DNA of 64,000 nucleotides from Candidatus Oxydemutatoraceae bacterium (GTDB lineage Bacteria; Pseudomonadota; Gammaproteobacteria; Poriferisulfidales; Oxydemutatoraceae): NCBI GenBank assembly GCA_965212025.1, contig OZ243039.1, positions 946,180 to 1,010,179 of the forward strand, read 5' to 3'. Shown piece by piece: positions 60,212 to 64,000 of this stretch (position 1 is its first letter; each line of letters starts with the position of its first letter). The notes under the pieces were generated by a model. It saw only the letters and a program-made list of their open reading frames with translations, ran no database searches and was not told where the DNA came from. The position numbers and the translations under genes were made by a program.

Positions 60212-61441
60212 ATGCCACGCGTTTACGAAATCATTACACCTGCCACGATGACCTGGGCGAGAGAGGATGCAGGTTATCCGGATATAGGGATTGCAGCCGA
60301 GAAATTAGGTCAGACCCTGGAGAAAATCAGTGGCTGGGAAAAAGGGGAGGGGCGCCCCACACCTGCAGAACTTAGAAAAGTCGCAAAGCTGTACCACCGT
60401 CCGCCTGCTTTCTTCTGTCTGAAAAAAGTTCCGGAAAAGTTCAAGGTTCAAAGACCCGTGGACTTCCGTTGCTTGCCTCAGAACGAGCCTGAGCACTGGA
60501 CTCCCAATCTGATATTGATGATTCGACAGGCTCGTGACCGACAGGAATGGGCGCAGAAATTATTGGGTGATGAGGCGGAAAGCCAAGACTGGGTTGCCTC
60601 CACCTCTGTCAACAAAATAAAAGATTCCAGGCCACTCGCTGAAAAAATACGAGACTGGCTGGGGCTCTCTGAACAGAAACAGCGAGAGTGTACCGATGCC
60701 AGAGATTTTCTTAAGGATCTGATCCGCCTTGTCGAAAGCAAGGGAGTCTTTGTTTCACGTTACCGACCTGACATGAACAGGTACCGAACCATTGAACCCA
60801 GAATTTTCAGAGGTGTCGCGCTTAAGGATGCTGTTGCGCCTTTGGTGGTGCTCAACCCAAAAGACGCAGTCAGAGGGCAGGTTTTCACTTTGTTACATGA
60901 GCTGGCACACCTGTGGGTGGATGCCCCCGGTCTGTCAAACAGGGAACCAGACAGATACGCAGGCACTGAGAACAGGAAAATTGAGGCTGCCTGTAACCGC
61001 ATTGCCGCACAGGTCTTGATGCCGGAGCGCTGGTTTTTGGCTGAGTGGGAGAACTATTCCGACCTCCCGGATGATGATGGAATACGAGCCGTTTCTGAAG
61101 TTTTTTCAGTTAGCAGGGAGAGCGTTGCCAGGCGGCTGTATGACAATGGTGAAATAACCTGGGAGCGATATATGGAGCTCCATAAAAAGTACCAAAAAGA
61201 GTTTCAAGCCGAAAAAGAGAGAAAAAGGGTGCAGAATTCCCTGAGGTCATCTGGCGCGGGTATGCCTAGCGGGAAGCGTGTCTATTTGGAAAACGGGGCA
61301 AGGTTCGTTCACCTGGCTTTCGAAAATTATCAAGATTGGGAAATAAGCGTAGTCGAGCTTTCCCGAGTGGTGAACATGAAGGTTATGAGTCTTGGTAAGC
61401 TGGCAAAAGAGGCAGGTTTTGATTCGTATGACTGGAGATAG
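60212..61441 (+). CDS. XRE-family HTH fused to an ImmA/IrrE (DUF955) metallopeptidase
   Basis: N-terminal HTH (WAREDAG...ISGWEKGEGRPT..L.KVAKLY.RP), FTLLHELAH (HExxH) and EAACNRIAAQVLMP. Confidence 0.9.
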   Translation: MPRVYEIITPATMTWAREDAGYPDIGIAAEKLGQTLEKISGWEKGEGRPTPAELRKVAKLYHRPPAFFCLKKVPEKFKVQRPVDFRCLPQNEPEHWTPNLILMIRQARDRQEWAQKLLGDEAESQDWVASTSVNKIKDSRPLAEKIRDWLGLSEQKQRECTDARDFLKDLIRLVESKGVFVSRYRPDMNRYRTIEPRIFRGVALKDAVAPLVVLNPKDAVRGQVFTLLHELAHLWVDAPGLSNREPDRYAGTENRKIEAACNRIAAQVLMPERWFLAEWENYSDLPDDDGIRAVSEVFSVSRESVARRLYDNGEITWERYMELHKKYQKEFQAEKERKRVQNSLRSSGAGMPSGKRVYLENGARFVHLAFENYQDWEISVVELSRVVNMKVMSLGKLAKEAGFDSYDWR

Positions 61442-61450
61442 TTCAGAAGT

Positions 61451-61942
61451 ATGGAGTGCTTGTATTGCGTTGATACGTCAAGATTATTCGCCCTGTTGAA
61501 TAGGGAATACCCGAAAGATGTTCTCCCCTACGCGTGGAACAACCTGAAAGGACTGGTGGAGGCAGGCAGGTTTTGAATCTGTCGGGAAGTGTGGGATGAA
61601 ATTGAACCGGACAAGAATGATAAAGATGAGCTGAAAGAGCTTCTTTCTTCGGAGAGACCAGGCAAGTCATTTTATTTGCCCGAACATCAAGATGTAAATA
61701 AATGTCGCGAGGTAATCATCGAGAAACACCCGCAATGGATTTCGGGAGGCGATGAAAGACCACCGGCTGACCCGTATATCATTGCCCATGCAATGGTGTT
61801 GGATATGGTGGTGGTTACGGAGGAGAAAAGACAGGGAGAGGGGCAGGGGTCTGAGCCAAAAATTCCCAATGTCTGCTCGGAAAATAGTGTTGAGTCCGTG
61901 CCTTTGCTGGAGTTATTCCGAAGGGAAGGGTGGCGGTTTTAG
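61451..61942 (+). pseudogene. DUF4411-family PIN-like protein with an in-frame TGA at 61574-61576
   Basis: MECLYCVDTS...YPKDVLPYAWNNL..LVEAGRF*ICREVWDEI...ADPYIIAHA...VVTEE...KIPNVC...LFRREGWRF, all in one frame. Confidence 0.8.
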
Positions 61943-62373
61943 GCAGATAGAGATGAGATGTTTTTGGCGGTTCGTCTATTCGCCAGATTTACAGCTCAGC
62001 CAGCCAAGTGGTTTTGCTCAGGATTTCACACTTTAAGAGGTCGGGCTTGGTTGTTCATTTCGCGTGCGCTCCTGTTTGTTCACGGTCTCCCGAAATATGA
62101 GCTGTCGGCTCCAGTGAGGCCATCAATCAGGGCGGGAATCAGATGCGTGTTCAGGCTTTGATTGTTGTGGTTTTGCGTGCTGGTTTTCGTGCTACACTCG
62201 GATTCCCGCTTTAGGTGACCGTTGGTTGGTGCTCTGACTGGGTGTGTTCGTGTGGTGTTTTCCACATTGTGGCGGAGACACCAGTGCATGAGCCAAGGCA
62301 TGCTTGGTGGGCAGTGGATACTGGTCGATCTAGCGTTCGTTTCCAGTTTTTTGTTCAGCATCGAGGTCTAGAT

Positions 62374-62877
62374 ATGTATGCAATAGATCAGTTACTTAAG
62401 GAATTTGGTGAAGAAGTCGGAATTCCTGAGTTGGCTTTTGATGAGGAGGGCTACTGTACGCTTTCCTTTGATGACACGATTGTGACGATTTCTAAAAGGG
62501 AAAAGCAGGAAAGGCTGGTTTTTTACGCCGATGTGGGACTCTTGCCTACGCCTCCCCCCAAGGACATTCTGTTGGGGTTATTGGAAGCGAATGCGTTGCA
62601 TCGGGCTGTTGGTGACGGAGCCATTGGACTTCATACCGACGAAAGCCACAACATGACCATCGTGGTTTATTCCTTGCTGTTACGAATCTCCAACATTGAT
62701 AAATCTGTTTTTGAGTCCGCCCTGAAGGAATTCATCGAAATTGCCGAAGTTTGGACGAAACACTTGACGGATGCCGACAAGAAATATGTTTCAAAAGACA
62801 AGGAAGACGAGAAGCCCGGTTCCGGAGGTGAAGGTGCTGTTGGGAATAGCAGCGGTGGCGGTGGAATGAGGGTCTGA
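62374..62877 (+). CDS. Type III secretion chaperone, CesT/SycE-like (class I)
   Basis: Small acidic protein: LLKEFGEEVGIPELAFDEEGYCTLSFD...VFYADVG...LLEAN...GAIGL...F...L..FIEIAEVW, with a gagg RBS. Confidence 0.8.
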   Translation: MYAIDQLLKEFGEEVGIPELAFDEEGYCTLSFDDTIVTISKREKQERLVFYADVGLLPTPPPKDILLGLLEANALHRAVGDGAIGLHTDESHNMTIVVYSLLLRISNIDKSVFESALKEFIEIAEVWTKHLTDADKKYVSKDKEDEKPGSGGEGAVGNSSGGGGMRV

Positions 62878-62891
62878 TACTTTTTGCCTGA

Positions 62892-62919
62892 AGCTTCTTG
62901 GGTGTTTGCCCAGGAAGCT
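62892..62919 (+). terminator. Hairpin downstream of the chaperone gene
   Basis: Inverted repeat agcttcttggg ... cccaggaagct about 15 bp after the stop. Confidence 0.45.
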
Positions 62920-63172
62920 GACGGTGTTCAGGTTTCCCTCTCCCTGTGATCCCGGTGGTGCTCCTGACACGTTTGCCGGGGTCGATGATTCTCAGGCAAG
63001 AATACTTTTGAGACGGGTTTCGTTTATTCCAGCCTTGCCCCGTTGATTTCTCCCCTTATTTAATTCTGTTTCGGGCTTGCGCTTGGTGCGAGCCAACAAC
63101 TTATTGCCTGTTGCTGGCAGGCGAACCTCAGTCGCCTGGCTCAGATAGGGTGGTGTTTCGTGACCCCGGCTT

Positions 63173-64000
63173 TCACCAGGTCAGTTCCTGATCGCTCCAA
63201 TGAATTGAGCTGAAGCGTGTAACTGTTTGCCTTTGTTCGTCGAGCTGGCACGCGATGCCGGCTTTGTCTTTTAAATGTGCGACAAAGTCTTCCGGTTCTG
63301 TCAGTGTCTCCCAGACTTCCGGAAGGAAAGCGCCGCTAAGCGGCGGGGACTCTATAACCAAGCCATCAATCCCCGGTCTGATTTCTTTCAAGAGTTTCGC
63401 CTCATTACGGTAAGGGATTTTTTCAAAGCCCGAAAGGACGGATATGGAAATGGACAGCTGGGGAAGCTCTTCCCGAGCCAGTGGAGTGAATCGGTTATCC
63501 CTAAAGGCTGCGCTTACAGCATTGCGTGCTATGGATGGTGCCAGTGGATGTGCGGCGCTGATGTTGCCTACGCAGCCACGGAGCTCGCCTTGCTTTCTCA
63601 AAGTCACGAAGCAGGCGTCTTTTTTGCGCAGTTTTTCTGGATAGCCGGTCAAGTCAACGGTCATTTCAGAGCCGTGATCGAGGTAGTGCCCAATGGCATC
63701 ACGAGCCAAGGTGCACAGCAACTTTTTTTCAGCGGTTGAAAAAGATTGTGCCTCGTACAGCGTGAAAGCCGCGTAGCCTACGACCCTGTCTTTGTCACCG
63801 CTGACATCGCCAGAATTGATCTGTGCGGTTTTCTCCACTGTCATTCCTTTTTGGCGCGCGACCTGGAGCAACCCTCCCAGCACGATCTGCCCGCACGCCT
63901 GCATTTCACTGATTTCCTCGGCTTGCAGCCTTAAAACGGAATCGACAGCCGAGTTGTCCATCCTGTAGGCGGTATCGTAATCATGGTAGTGACTGAGATC
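63173..64000 (-). CDS. AmmeMemoRadiSam protein B-A fusion (MEMO1 C-terminal part + AMMECR1 domain); 5' end outside the window
   Basis: The frame is open to 64000 (DLSHYHDYDTA..MD). It contains ACG, NSGDVSGDKDRVVGY, ACFVTLRKQGELRGCVG, AAFRDNRF and FLPEVW. Confidence 0.88.
   Translation of the reverse strand, partial: DLSHYHDYDTAYRMDNSAVDSVLRLQAEEISEMQACGQIVLGGLLQVARQKGMTVEKTAQINSGDVSGDKDRVVGYAAFTLYEAQSFSTAEKKLLCTLARDAIGHYLDHGSEMTVDLTGYPEKLRKKDACFVTLRKQGELRGCVGNISAAHPLAPSIARNAVSAAFRDNRFTPLAREELPQLSISISVLSGFEKIPYRNEAKLLKEIRPGIDGLVIESPPLSGAFLPEVWETLTEPEDFVAHLKDKAGIACQLDEQRQTVTRFSSIHWSDQELTW

Noticed and set aside
61574-61576. TGA recoding (Trp/Sec) or an alternative genetic code
   Set aside because: TGA terminates many conserved genes here (lysC, alaS, rplI, nnr), and no SECIS-like context is evident.
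1-64000. IS elements, integrases, tRNA or rRNA genes
   Set aside because: No transposase or integrase ORF and no tRNA or rRNA signature was recognised, so the duplications do not appear IS-driven within this window.

Overview
This window looks like a gammaproteobacterial chromosome segment, probably from a host-associated organism. That is an inference from Sel1 and pentapeptide expansions, a CesT-type type III chaperone and effector-like genes. Positions 1-27 kb form an accessory zone built by tandem duplication. It holds three membrane-anchored pentapeptide-repeat genes and an array of paralogous effector-like proteins with a conserved N-terminus and swapped C-termini rich in eukaryotic SH2/SH3/WW-binding motifs. 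It also holds apbE-nqrM-sulfurtransferase-NUDIX and a triplicated Sel1 cassette separated by ~217-bp arrays derived from the NUDIX gene tail. Positions 27-60 kb are core genes: pal, rpsF-rpsR-rplI-dnaB, an iron-chelate ABC pair, recA-recX-alaS-lysC, mobAB, moeB, rnpB, argS, secDF-yajC, rmuC, queG and nnr-tsaE-amiB. Positions 60-64 kb carry an XRE/ImmA + DUF4411 pair, a T3SS chaperone and an AmrB-AmrA fusion. The strongest cross-cutting signal is that gene boundaries are repeatedly amplified in tandem: tsaE start x11, ABC permease start x5, SPOR end x3, queG end x2, NUDIX end x12 and MFS start x3. In the tsaE and permease arrays the extra units form chains of short mini-ORFs leading into the intact gene, and mutL is missing from its usual place after amiB. 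All calls were made by eye without database searches, and assembly artefacts in the repeats cannot be excluded.
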